Positions 36,216 to 49,820 are shown, numbered from the stretch's first letter. The stretch: DNA of 64,000 nucleotides from Lepidodermella squamata (GCA_047495785.1 JBLDXI010000020.1:2108001-2172000), one strand, 5' to 3'. Numbers and translations: made by a program. The notes: generated by a model from the sequence alone, not told the origin.

Positions 36216-38390
36216 TCAGAAAAATGCTGTTAACCGAAGAGGATTTGCTGCTGCGTTTTGTTGCTGGAACCCGGGCATAACAAACGGGTTCGATTGGAGG
36301 TACTGATTAGCGAATTGTTGCTGCTGATTAGCGCCGGTGGCTGGCACCGCGTTGCCTGTCATCATATTCGCGTGGGTCATCTGCCCGGCTCCACTTGACC
36401 CATCAGCGGCGTTATTCTGTGGTTTCCCTGCTAAAGAGCCGAAATAATGCGATTCTAGCGCTGATCGAGCCGCGGCCATGTTTTGAAGCAGCCATTTGTT
36501 GGCTGCGGATTCTGCCGAGCCAGAGGCGGGGCCGGCGGTGGACGAGCAGGGACTGGCGTCGTCGCGGATCAAATGGCCGGTGTTGTTGGTGCCTGAACTG
36601 CCCGTGCTACCTGTTGCTTGACGGCCGCCGTCTGATGGAGATGCTGACACTGGCGAGTTGTTAAACTGTTGCTGCTGAATAGCCGCAAGAGCTGAAAAAT
36701 AATTAAGAATAAATTATTTGAAAAATATTTTTCCAAGAATTAAACTGTGCTATTTAAATTTTCAAATTTTATGACCCATGCAAATATGTTTAAGAGACTT
36801 TTGAAAATTCATGAAATTTTCGGGGAAAAAAGCAAGAAGGAAGGTCATGAGGATTTGCGTTCAAATCGCGCTTATTTCTGTTAATTTTTCGAACGGAAAA
36901 GGTTACAACACTCGAGCTCGTTGAATCATCTTTCAGCCGAATCTCTTGATGAGAGCTTCTATAATTGAAAAATCCGCCCGCTGCTTGGTCAATTCGTCCT
37001 ATTATCATCTTCTTTTCAGTTTTTCGCTCCAGCTTCATCTTCTTCTGGATCCTATCATGTTATATTGGAATTTTAGAAATGTAAAGATTATGTAAAGATA
37101 ATTGATCTACAATTTCTTGACTAATTATCCCTGAAGATGGTTTTATTGAGAATAACCGAAACATTGAACGAAAAATAAGCGCTTCATCAAGATTTATCCA
37201 GAAAAAACTTTTGACTCGGTACCACCTTAGAAACAGAACACTCCGAATAAATCAGCAATGAACCAGAAATGTTGGTTCAAAGTTTTGTAGATTAAGGTGG
37301 AATCAAAAGCTTGGAAAATGTTCTCAATTCCAAAATAAGTAGCGAAATTCTCAACAGTTTAAAGATTGCTTTCCAATCGCAAATTAATGGCTAAATAGCC
37401 TATTAATTTCCCATTAAATCCTTTGTAGTTTATTTTAAGCAGCGGTGAGGTAAAAATGCTTGAAATTTTTTCAAATTTTACCCAAAAAGTTGTACCAAAA
37501 TTGAATGGAAATTGAACTTACAAGCAAAGTGGTTCTGTTGATGGGCGCCTCCCTGCGGCCAGTAAGGATGCGACCGAACAAAACTATCGGCACCAACTGA
37601 AGCCGGTCCAGCCATCGACGCGGCTTTATTCGTCGTGTCATACAGCGAGTAAGCTGAATGCGTCAACGAGTGATACAACAAATCGTTAGGAACCATGCCA
37701 AATTTCGGCAGTTTGAACCGCTTAGCACGGCGCAGGAAGCTACCAGCGCCGAACATGTCCTTCGCAGCCGGGTGAAGGGCCCAGTAATTACCCTTACCAG
37801 GCCGGCCTGGCGCCCTAGGGATCTTGATAAAACAGTCATTCAACGACAAATTGTGGCGAATCGAGTTCTGCCAACGCTGGTGGTTATCGCGGTAATATCT
37901 GGGGGGAAAACGCGTCCTTAGTTACGCTGTTGTCAAGGCAATAAATAACTCACGGAAATTTCTCGCTAATATAGCCGTAGATTTCGCTTAGAGTCATCAT
38001 TCCAGCTGAAGAACTTTCCAACGCCATGGTAATCAGGGCAATATAGGAATAAGGCGGTTTGACCTGGTTGTTATCCCCGGACGAGGTTGAAGGCGGCCCT
38101 TGGCTGTTCGTATTCCCGCCAGGGGTCGAAACGTTCGAAGAACCGCTCGGGCTGGTTTCGACCGACTGCTTCCCGCTGTCAGAGTCATTATTGTTGTTCG
38201 GTTTCGGTGTGTTGAGGGCGGTTGAAGTTAACGCATTCGCCGCGCTCAGATTCGCGGCGAGGGACATTGGCGTTGAAAAAAACGCGGGCGATGGGAAAAG
38301 CAGGCCGGTCGGGGTGGCAGTCGCGTGGAACGGGACATGCTCCGCCGAGTTGCCGTTCAAAGTAGGCCAGCAATAACTTCCCTTATCCAT
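36216..38390 (-). CDS. FoxAB: Forkhead transcription factor, most like the FoxAB class; 3 exons
   Basis: [28 protein letters not shown]...FP|[43 protein letters not shown]...[12 protein letters not shown] short intron splits the forkhead domain; the third exon (about 36691-36216) joins in phase 1. Forkhead identity is certain; the subclass is from recalled signature residues. Confidence 0.8.
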
Positions 38391-41300
38391 CGTCGCTTGA
38401 GGCAAAATTTGTTGTTATGTAAATCGAGGTAATATCTACCTATATATTTGGGAAAAATTTCGATGTTTTACTGCAATATTTAAACGCTGAGGGCGGTGAT
38501 TAGGGCGTTGAGGTGTGTACTGATGGCGTGTCCGTAGCGTGACCTCTGCCGCGGTGTGATTGACTGCGGACGTGAGTGGGCGGGGCGCGGGTGAAATTAA
38601 ACTGGCATTTAATTTGATAACCCGCAGGTCGGCCTCCGGTCTGTTCACGCGCGCGCGCGCTCAGAGGATGCGAGTGCGGGGATGAGCGCGCAAACGGCAC
38701 GCATCTAATCTAGAAACACGCGCGCGCGCGCGCCTATATATTAATGTATTAAGGTAGGTATAGTTGCAATCATAATATACTGCGCGATAAGTGTCGAGAG
38801 GCCAATTTAAAGCGTCCTTAACAAGTGCGACGTGCCATTGAAGTTATAATATTATAATAATCGTTTTGCAAACACGTGTGTGTTAAACAGTTACTCGCCG
38901 GGTCTTTATATCCGTGGGCGCCTTCGGACGCGAGGCAATCAAAGCAATATTGACATGAACTTTGAGCAACGGTGAATCGTTGATATTTTGAAAACACACC
39001 ACAGCAGCGAGCGAGCCAAGTGGTCGGCCGTTCTGCGTCGAATAATTGCGCCATGATGATGATGATGGCGCCGTTTTTGCGCGCGCGCCAATTTTCGCGG
39101 CTTTTCTTGTAACGGAGCAGCGAGCAGTAGCCGGCGATTCGCTGGCGGTGACAAAGCAAAACAGAACGCGCGAGAAACGCCGAGCCAGGCAATTGGCAGG
39201 CTATATTGCCCGCGATCTAATATTTAGAAAACAACACTCGTCAAGCGCCGCGTCAACAACTGCTGCGTTATTGTTGTTACTCGAATAATTGTTATCACAA
39301 CAAGGTGGCTCGTATCATTATTGGGCTACAGCAAATGCCTTGGAATATTATTTGAAAATAGACGTGCACATCGCGCTAAGAGCTTCGAACAGGAAATTGA
39401 TAAATATTTTCCGAAAACAAACCGGTCTTTGCCCAGGCACAGCAGCAATTTTGACAAAAATTATTACGCCTCGGTGTTGCAACACGTTGTTGTGATGCGC
39501 TCGAACCGTTGTTACACCAGAGGCTCGAGGCTGGTTTATTTTTACGGCTAAATAATGACGCATGGTATTTTCACGCTCTGATCCACCTCAAAGAGCCAAG
39601 AAACGCGCTTGCGGCTGAGAAAATTTCAAGGTTAACATTTGATTTTGATATTGAAAAAATATTGAAAAGCAGACTAATATGAAAACATTAAGCTATGTGT
39701 AATCGTTATTTCGAAAATTTTAACGAATTTGTTTCGAAATTAAAGTAACGTAACGAGTGCTTGCCCTTTTTTTAAGGGCAATATTTGGACAGATAACAAA
39801 ACTGATTGCGTTTTTATTCAAATAATTACTTTTGCGCGTAGGTGATGCAAGGGGCCGATGATGATGAGACGAGTGTCAGCTGCAAAAATTGGTCTCCATT
39901 ACCACGGCAGCATTTATGAGATAAATAATAAATCAACGCGCAAGTGCGCATAGTGATTAGGTCATTACCACTTGCCGTTCGTTTTATTGCACGCGCGCGC
40001 TTGAGGCCCGTGCGCGTGCGCGTGCGCTCATCTGCAATTATATTTTAACGATTCAAGTGCGAAATACCTGCTACGCAGCGATTTTTAATAATTTCAACCT
40101 TATAGTTGCAGGTAATTATACCATTTCTTGCTGCTACTGCTGCCTTCCGTTTCCACTCAAGAAACGTGCAATCACTGCTGCATAGCGAACGAGCCCCTCG
40201 GCACGAGCGAAACTTGTTAAATAGGGGTTAATTAAAAATTATTTTCGAGGTCATGTTTACACACTAATAATAATTGTTGCCATCAGTATTAATTATTGTT
40301 TGAACACTAGGCGTATAACGTGAGGCTTGACTTTTGTCTTAAAGTTTATACTCGATAATGAGATTAATTGGGTGGTTTTGGTTAATTTTAGCAATTTTAG
40401 TGACAATGGAAAACCTCAGAACCGAATGTCGAATATTCAGGAAAATTTTAGATTTCATGATAAGGCAAGAGATGTCGGCTCGGAAAAAATTGCTATGTCT
40501 GTGGGCTATACCTGGCTGAAAATAACTTTCTGACGGATTCTTAATTTCCTCTTCGCGTTCAACAATAATTTGAAGACCCGGTTTGGGGTCGCCGATTTAC
40601 GTGTTCTGTTTTTCGGCGGGCCAAGTCCACACAAAAAATGAACGTTGGTGAATATGTTTTGCGATAACTCATATCAATATTCACAAGTTCACAAATCCAT
40701 ACGCCAATAAGCACGAATTTTTCCAATCAGAAAATTGCCTTGGCACTCTGCGAAAGAGGCCAAACTTTGAAAATAAGATAATTACGCTCCAAAATGATAA
40801 AATAAAAAATAAAAAATAAAAAATCCGAAATTTGAAGAACTTAAGGCCGTGAAGAATCGAACCCGAGGCGCCCGCAAACCATGTTCGCGCGAATAAAAGG
40901 CAAAAAGCGAACCTCGATTTGGCGTCTTCTATGATGGGGCGGCCGAAAATGTGGGCTCAAAATCCGAAAAGATGGATAATCCCGGTCGATTTACATGTAA
41001 TTCGATGCTGCGGGGAAAACTTTTGCATAGGCGGATAATAAATGGACGCCAAATCAGGGTTACGCTGTATGTCAATTATTACCCGTGGCGCAAAAAGTAA
41101 AAATCTTACGCGGAAAAAAATGGTGCCATTCGAAAGAACGGGGTCGATTTTTACCACTGCTGTAACATCGATGTTATCTCGAAAATTCGCTTTTTTCCAC
41201 GCCGACGAGAATTTGAATGAATGTCTCGAGTCTGGTTGATTTGGTGCCTACAAACATGAATTTTCTCGCTTCACATATAATATCGGGATTGAAAATACGA

Positions 41301-41433
41301 GATTCGCTGATCTTTATTGCAAATAATTAAATCCCAATATAATAAAGTGACTAGCACGGTGAATGCCGAATATGAATATTTTACGACAGAGTGATTTTAG
41401 TCGGTGCTGGTTTTGACCTTTTGTACAGCGATT

Positions 41434-41821
41434 TCAAGACGAAGACTCGCACAATTTTTCGATAATGAGTGCCCGATCTTGCGGCTCAGCTTGCAAACAG
41501 ACATCGAGATAGTCCTGAGAAAAACTTAATTTTGAGAAAGTTTAGTGTGGATTATTTTCTAACCTTTCGCGATTCGCACTTGAAATGACAAGCGGATTTT
41601 GTCGCCTCGACGTAGGTGTCTTCGATCATAGCCAGTATTTTATCGACGTCGTAGTCGCTGATTTCATCAACTGCCATCCTCAACTGTTCCAACTGCTTCA
41701 TCTCTTCCTCATGGCTCGAATTTGCCGGCTCGACTTCGTTTTGGCCGGTCAACGGTTTCGCCTCGATTATTGATGAGCAGATGAGCAGCGCGAGAGCGAA
41801 AAAACACGCGAATTGCGACAT
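41434..41821 (-). CDS. Secreted prepropeptide A (112 aa): signal, acidic pro-region, 4-Cys C-terminal domain; exons 41821-41564 and 41514-41434
   Basis: MSQFACFFALALLICSSIIEA leader; phase-0 GT..AG intron gives ...TKSACHFKCESRK|DYLDVCLQAEPQDRALIIEKLCESSS-stop. Confidence 0.85.
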
Positions 41822-42250
41822 TGCAAAAATTTGTTAAACGGAAAAAATGGGAAATGTGGCGATGAAAAAAACAGAATTTATTAAAAGGCACTTTATGTGG
41901 GCGAGTGACACTTCACAAGCAATTTTTATCAATAAGACGTCATTTAGTGGGAATTAAATTGACCGCCACACTTATATAAATAATATGCGGCGATATTTTT
42001 TTTATTAAATTTTCGCTTCTCAGTAGTAGTACACACAAAAAATGGATCATCATCTGGCTTACTACACTTCTCGGCATATAAATTCGAACAATTCAGACAT
42101 AAGGACACGCATCAGGGTAAAAAATGTCAATGATTTGTCACTCTGTTGATTTTATTATTATTTGTTAATTGCTCTCCCTGGTTTTTTTTAAGTACTCCCC
42201 GACAATGAGCGCAGCTGATTGATGAGTGACGATAAACAACTTATATAATA

Positions 42251-42635
42251 TCAAGCGTCATTTGAACCTAACTCGGAAAGACACATGTCTGCGATGAAAA
42301 TTAGACGTTCATCAGGCTGAAGTTCACCGCAAAGCTGGGCATTTATCTAAATAAATAAAATCAGAACAATTAGCCGACTAAATCGAGACGCTCAAAAATA
42401 CCTGCGAATCACAGCTTAAACAAGCCGTTCTCGTGTAGTGATCGTATGATTTGTCGAGAATTGAGTTATTTTCCCCATCGTAATCGTACAAATTGTCTGC
42501 TTCTGCCATCGACTCACCAGCTTCACCAAAATCCAAATCATTTGAATCAAGATCATCGCTATAGTAACGCTTCATCGGCCTTGATTCGATGCATGTTAAA
42601 GCTGCCAAAACTAGGGCTAATTTTATCAAAGACAT
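42251..42635 (-). CDS. Secreted prepropeptide B (109 aa), tandem paralog of A; exons 42635-42402 and 42346-42251
   Basis: MSLIKLALVLAALTCIES leader, KR site, acidic spacer; phase-0 intron gives ...TRTACLSCDSQ|INAQLCGELQPDERLIFIADMCLSELGSNDA-stop. Confidence 0.85.
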
Positions 42636-44520
42636 ATTGCTATTTTTGATTATTAAACGTAAAATATACGGAAAATGTTTTAGTCTACTGTCCAAACAAG
42701 GGTAGTCGCGGCTCTTTTAATAATCACGCCTAGGAAGCGGATATTAGGCATGTGATAAGGGGGTTAGGTCTGAGATGATCCTAATCCTGGCCTATTAATC
42801 GTCACCCCTCGTTCAATAATTTCCACACACACACCTACTATACTACGCTTTTTACAACTCGTGCGGTTATACGGGATGTAGGCGTAGAAGCGCCAGCGCA
42901 GTAGATAAACACTTGAATAAGGATGGCACGGCTGAGGGTCAGGTGAGCAGCAAGGGACACACGTGTATATTTTGAACACATGTTTACATTAATCATCCTA
43001 GTAAAATTTAAACTGTTGGCTAATTGACCTGAATTACCTATATGATTTGAGTAATTGCATTGACGTGTAACTTCGAAATTGGGCCCATGTTCAAACCCTA
43101 AATTAAACGTTTACTGCCAAGCATTATTATGCTTGGGTGTTTTCTGTGCAATTAAATGCGCTGCATACAGATCCCGCCTGAGGATGTCCCAATCACTTCA
43201 CATGGGCTAACCTCAATTCTTAGCCGTGGTTTGCTATGGAGGTTACAGTTACCACCCATCAATATCAATTATAAAAAAGGCAATAGTACCAAACTTTTAA
43301 ATCTCGCTTTTTATGTCATGAATCTTCCTATCGAACGGTGACGAAAAAAAATGGAAAAAAATTGGAATTTTCAATATCTTTTATCACGTAAAATCCATAA
43401 AGTATTGAGCGAGGAATGTTTATCAAATTAATTTTGAATTGCTTGCATTATGTATAGGTATTCTAAAAATTTGACTTTCATTGACCAGTCCACTTTGGCT
43501 GGGCTAAATACGATTCCAAATAGAGGCATCCCAATCGGGGTGGTTGGGCGATATAAACAGTAAACGGCTCCAGCCCAAAGCATGGTTTATCTCCTTTCAT
43601 AATTTTTATTCACTGTTTTGTCATTTCCGTGTTATTATTTGTTTTAATATCTTACGTGCCATCGGTGGCCAGCTTGCGAGTATATACCTGCAGAGCCGAT
43701 ATCAATTGCAAGTATCGATTTTACAAATCAGTGATTTTGCCAACATCCTCAGTTTCTGAAGCCAACACTGAACATTTTGCTATGTAACTGACAACAGTCC
43801 TGATGGTACCATTAAGACTAAAATAAGAAACCCTGTCGTCACAGGGGGCATCATTTTCGATCGAGAAAGGATATTGCGAATTTTATAGTGCTACAACGCT
43901 GTGAATGGGGCATGACTGTTAGACACAAGCTGTGTAAGCTGTGATCGTCCAAACCGGAATGCGGAATTCCTCTATATAAACCGGACGGTTTTCAGTGGCT
44001 CTTGAGAAGGTGCGGACTTGATTATTAAATTTGTCACTTAATAGCCCGGACTATTTCCCAGTCCTGGGAACGTTCGAAAGTCCGGTATAGTCCGGGTTTA
44101 CCCTTGTTTTCGGTCATTTCTGAGCGGCAGGGGCGCTAAAATAGAACAGCAGCGAGCTTACGTTGAACCCGCCGAAGTTCAGACAGATGCCCCTGTAAAT
44201 TTAATTACCTGATTTCCGTATTACTTATGATCACAGAAAGTTTAAATATAGGGCCAACAGGTTCAATGTTTCGTGTGGAAAAGATCAACTTTCTCATTAT
44301 TTGAGTTTTACAGCGAATTTCCTACTATTCGAAAGCTGGCAACCCGTTGAAGTTAGACTGAAAAAACCCGCCATGAGAATTACGATATCAAGATTGGCCA
44401 TCAAGAAATTCAACAAAAATCAATAAAATCGATATTATATTTATTTTTGACGCATACGCTATTAATATGGTACCACTTTGGAGGCAGTTTGATCCATAAT
44501 ATTAAAGTTTGCCTCGCCCT

Positions 44521-47500
44521 CTACAGTAACTTCTGCTGGGGCGCGAATACGAGGATGAATAGCGTGAATAATATGACGACGGCGAAAAAGAGCCAGAATA
44601 GCAATCGATCGACCAGCTGGGCCAGCCGTCGCCAGTCGCGAATAATATCCTCAACTTTAGTCTCATCCTTATGCCGGTCCATCATGCGAACAACAGCCAG
44701 CGCCAACGCGTGATCAGGCGGCAGGCCTTGAAATCGCGGCGCCGCTGAAAAATAGCCCGACCCTAGGGCGTCGATTTCTGTTTCGAGTTCGTTCAAAAAA
44801 TCAGCCGAGCTCATGCGGACAACTTGCCGCGGCGTAGTCGGCGATCGAATAATCGTATTATTATCGTCGATTTTATGCGTTTTTTGGCAGTATTTATGCT
44901 GACATCCACCGATTTTCGGGCTGTCAGTTCGCAGTTCGCCGTTCGATTTTTGTAGGAAATTTTCGGCGAAAGTTACACTCATATTATGGCCTTTGTTCCT
45001 CAGTTGAACGCCGGTTACTACTTCGGTTAGTCCGCCGTTGTTGAGGTTAGACTTTTCGCCGGCGAGATCCGGGTTCTGTTCTTCTTCCTCAGGCTTGTTA
45101 AGGCAGCAAATCGGGGCGAAAATGTCGAGGCCGCGAACGACCCAAGGCGCAAGACGCCAAGATCGGGCGGTTTTGTGGTGCAGGTTCAGGACGACGACGG
45201 TTAAAATTACAGAGACAGCAGTCATCGACATGACTACCGTTAGGTAAATACCTGAAAAGAATTTAAAATATAATAAAAAGTAAAAAATCCTCCTTAAATT
45301 GTGCTGAATTTCGAAATCTAATCGAATTTCGACGGATTTTAATTTAATTTTTTTATTTTTCCGGCATTACTATAGGTTAGACTTACTGATAAGAGGTACA
45401 GATTCGGAAGTTTCGGGTAATTTTTCGATGACTGTAAGCATGAACACAGCGAAAGCGAGCATAACAGTGATTCCAAGCTGAAACAATAAATTCCTAATAA
45501 TTTTTGAAAATTTCGAAAAATTATTAAATTACAGCGCATTTTTCGCCAGAATCGGGAGGCAGCAGAAACACCAGCAATGTGAGGGTCGACATGACTAAAA
45601 TTTAAAAATAAAAATAATTAAAAATAGTTAATTTAATCGAAAATTATACCGAAACATGGGAAGAAGACGTTGTGAAGGTAATAAAGTGTTTTCCTTTTGA
45701 TGTAAATCTATCAAGAAAATCGGCTATACTGCGTCACAATCTAAAATTGGAGGTGACTCACGAAGAAAGTGACATCCTGAAAGAGGCAATTTTTTTAAAA
45801 AGTTGACCTTGAAAATTGATTTTTTTACCGGGTACGGCTCTTCGCAGCAAGTGTAAATCACGACATTTCTCCTCTATAATAAAATCTCACACAATATGGT
45901 CAAGGTCAAATTCAAGTTTGAAATTTCACCTGAACAACATTCATTAGATCCCATTCACCGTTTTGAATGTACATCGATAGATCAGCACCTTCGGATCGAT
46001 TCTTCAAATCGAGCTTGAAACCGTCTGTTGTCAAGAATTGAAAGACATTTTCTGTAAATTGGTTGAAATTCATAATTAAACTAACCGTAGGTCCAACTGC
46101 CGAATTTCATGTGACACTGAGGTACGGTAATAATTTACTAATTTCTAGATTTTAAATTCAACTTCAACTTACGACTTGCTCGTCAAAGGGGAAATACTGG
46201 TCAATTGAGACAAAAAATGAATAATTCGTGAAAAAGTGGGACATGGCATACTGACCTTAACGTTGACCTTGCAGCTACTGAAAAGCTTGATGGGCAAGGG
46301 CCAAAATACGTAGCCATCACTTGAAACCATGGCTCGAGTTTCGACAACCCTAGTCGAGTAATCTGCCGCGCTAAAAATTGGAAAAATTGAAAAACCATTT
46401 GTTCAAAATCGATCGATTACTTGTTGTAGAGAACGATGTCTGAAAAATAAAGTCAAGTCATTCTAGAATTTTTCATAAATTATGAAAATTACCTGGAAGC
46501 CATAATTTTGACGAAGGTATCCGAATCATTTCCAGATCACTATAATTCGAAAATTTAAAATATTATCTGAAATTTATTTCCAAGCAAAAATCATACTTGA
46601 AATCGCTAGCGTTCCACCTTAAATACTCGTCGTACCACTCCTGGTCGAGCCAAACATTTGTAATAAGCACTTCATTGCGTTCGTCAAGTTCGAAAATTTG
46701 CGTTATGGTGAGGCCAAGTCCGACTGTCACGGTTCCGGATTTGTGAAGAACAGGCCGCGCCGATCTTTCATACTTTTCAAACAAACTCCGCAACAAAATT
46801 TGCTCATCAGTCAGCCGAGTTCCACCTGCCCCGACGTCTTTCATTGTGTTGAACCGATCGCTGGATTAAAACAGAATACATTAATAAATAGCTTAGAGCT
46901 TAGGTATTGAGTCTGAATATTTGCAAATTTTCAAATTTGCAAATTGGAAATTGAGGTTCCAATAAGCTTGAACACCCTGACACCATTTTTTTTCCAATTC
47001 TTTAGGAATGTGGATTTCACTTTTCGATCGGTAGTCAAGTCGAAAAAAACACTGATTTTTAAAATCGATACTTGAAATCGATATCGGCTCTGTGGGCTGA
47101 AGTCTAGCTCGTAAATTGACCACTGATAGCTCAAACTACGCGTAATAGTAGTTTGAATGAAATCTATCGATTAGGAATAGAACAAGTTAAGATTCCGAGG
47201 TAGACGTGAAACTCTTAATTTGGGAAAATTTAGTGCTGGAACCCTATTTTCAGGACGTCATCTTGGCACACTGAGTAGTCTAGTTTCGAATTTCGGGAAC
47301 TAAATTTTCAATTAATTTTCGAAAAAACTCACTGCTCTTCACCGCCATGTAGCGTTGTAACGTTGAATTCCACCCCTGTGGTTAAATATTGGTCCAGCAG
47401 CTTCGCAGGATCTATAAAATAGAATATTGATTTTTCATTTTTTTCACAAATTTTAAATTTTCCTCACCAGTTGTTGTAACGAATTCGGTATCGAAGGTTG

Positions 47501-47531
47501 CCAAGCATGTCAGAAGCACCAAAAGGTGCAT
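44521..47531 (-). CDS. Nicotinic acetylcholine receptor alpha subunit (alpha9/10-like), 15 exons
   Basis: Spliced product: YERSARPV, WLDQEWYDEYLRWN, LWLP|DIVLYN, Cys-loop CKVNVK|YFPFDEQV|C, FGSWTY|DG, loop C YTCCEEPYP (vicinal Cys), PPDSGEK, M2-M4 with DWRRLAQLVDRLLF. Every junction is GT..AG and in phase. Confidence 0.93.
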
Positions 47532-49293
47532 GACAGCGATAGCAAATGTAGTTCGAACGGCTTAAAAATATATCCGAAAATGTAGCTAAATCTTTTTGCG
47601 CCGCGGCTTCCTTGTAATAGCACGCAGGCGCGCATGTGTAGGGTGATTACGGCAAGTAGAGGCGCTAAAACAACTCGGAACAGCTGTTATTTCTTGAAGT
47701 ATTAGTTGAGTAGCCGCGGCGAGGGTGAGATAATAATAACATCATAGGCAAAAATAACTCACCACCAATAGCCATCATCGTGCGAGCCGAGACAAGTCGA
47801 TGTTTTAGCTGTTTTGCAGCGGATATGTTTGTTTAAACAATGGCTAATCACCTCTATAGAGCGCGTCGAAGTAGCTACCAGTCGATTTTTGTATATCACA
47901 TACTGCACTTCATATAAGCTCAGAAAAATCACTTGAAATCTAAATAAAACAATAAATGCGGGAATTTTTTTGAAATTCAGCAAATAATCGAAATGACTTC
48001 AAATTAAATTTTTTGAGGTCACGATAAAAATTAGAAAAATTAATTATGAATTGCAAATAAGCGGGAATTCTCATAATTTTTAAAATTTAATATTAAACTA
48101 TTTTTGAATATAACTTAAATTAAATTAAAATTCTGAATATTCAATTGATCCTAATCTGGTAGGTCCATTATACGTTTCCAAAATGGTTACAAATAACCGA
48201 ACGATTAAACGTTAATTTATTGCCCCAATCTATTTGGAGTGTAAACAATCGCCTCAGGTATTAAATGGGTCAGCAGCAATCTCAACAAAACCCATTACGA
48301 TTTTGTGGGTTCAACAACATTGTCAAAATAAATTGGCGCAAAATATATATATAGGTATCTTTACAAATGGATACACACCGGTAAGATGATGGTGAAACGG
48401 CGGGGATAAATTTGCGCCTGAAGGGGCCCGTTTTATATTGTTTTTGTAAAACCGCGCAGCAGTGCCAGTATACAAGGCGAACGCAGCGCAGGGTGTTTAT
48501 ATTTTTTCAAGTGTGCGCACACCCGGTTGCGCGAAAGAAGTAGTTGCTCATCGCGCGCGCGCGCTACTTCGAAACGCGCGTACATTGTTGATGTATTTAT
48601 ACACCATTTTATATAAGAAAAATAGCCAGGTTAAAAATGAGATGCGCGTTCAACAGGGTGATTGTTACCGCAAAAAAATTCTCTCGCATATTTATTCAAT
48701 ATTATATATATATATAACACCTTGTTGCCAATGTCTGGGTAGGTGCCTCCGAAAAATAATCCATTCTTGAGATTGAACAGATGCGATTTTTCCGAGAAAA
48801 ATGCGTGAATATTACATTGGTGCGAAACGATTTTGAAAATCGTGGAATTTGAAAAAATAATAATCAGTAGCGGTTTTGTTTATTATGGCCCACATCAGCG
48901 TTGTTTTATTATACATACATATAGCTGTCAAGGGAAATAACTAGGCCATATCATAGCTTTTTAATGCACCCATGGGGGTGCTGCGTTATAAATAGGATTA
49001 CAAGTGTTTTCTGGATAGCTTAAAGCGCCTCGGTAAATAGCTTTAGTCATGGTACTGGACATTGTGGTCGACTTATCCTGCCAGTCCAAATCGATTTGCA
49101 TGACATTGCTCATTCGGAAAATAAGCTGGAACGAGAGAAACCACCTATAATGCTTCAGAAGTTCACCTCACAAATTTGATACAAAAGGGAGCAATCTTTC
49201 ATACATATTTATGTTTGACGAAATCACCTTCCATTAATATATTTTTTACATTAAATTCGAGCTGGAAACGTAAAGAAAATGTATAACGCTAAG

Positions 49294-49335
49294 TAACCCT
49301 AACCCTAACCCTAACCCTAACCCTAACCCTAACCC
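49294..49335. repeat. Interstitial telomere-type repeat (TAACCC)7
   Basis: Seven perfect TAACCC units. Confidence 0.95.
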
Positions 49336-49443
49336 CAACTACTAATAATAATTTTGCTGAAAAACAAAATATGAATGCAAGTTTATTTTGTCGTACATAT
49401 ATGTCGTAGGCTATCAGAGAATTTCAGCCAATCAGACATTTGA

Positions 49444-49808
49444 CAGGTTTCAATGGAATTCCGCCATGAGCATGCTCCATAGACAAATCAAACCTTGCAA
49501 ACACAATTGTCACCTTTGCGACACAATTATGGTCATGGCTTTGACCCAGGCTTGGTGGAATCGCGTCTATGCGCACTCGTGCAACACATGCGCGGCATGG
49601 ATTGGTAAGCGATGGCGGAATATCAGTTAACAGAGTCGTAATTGGGGTCATTTTCGCCATGTCTTATTGCACGAGTGCGCACAGACGCGATTCCACCATG
49701 CCTGGGTCAAAGCCATGACCATAATTGTGTCGCAAAGGTGACAATTGTGTTTGCAAGGTTTGATTTGTCTATGGAGCATGCCCATGGCGGAATTCCATTT
49801 AAAACCTG
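49444..49808. mobile_element. MITE / foldback element with about 140-bp near-perfect terminal inverted repeats (CAGG...CCTG ends)
   Basis: About 49444-49585 is the reverse complement of about 49665-49808 with few mismatches. No clear target-site duplication. Confidence 0.85.
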
Positions 49809-49820
49809 GAGATCTCTCAC

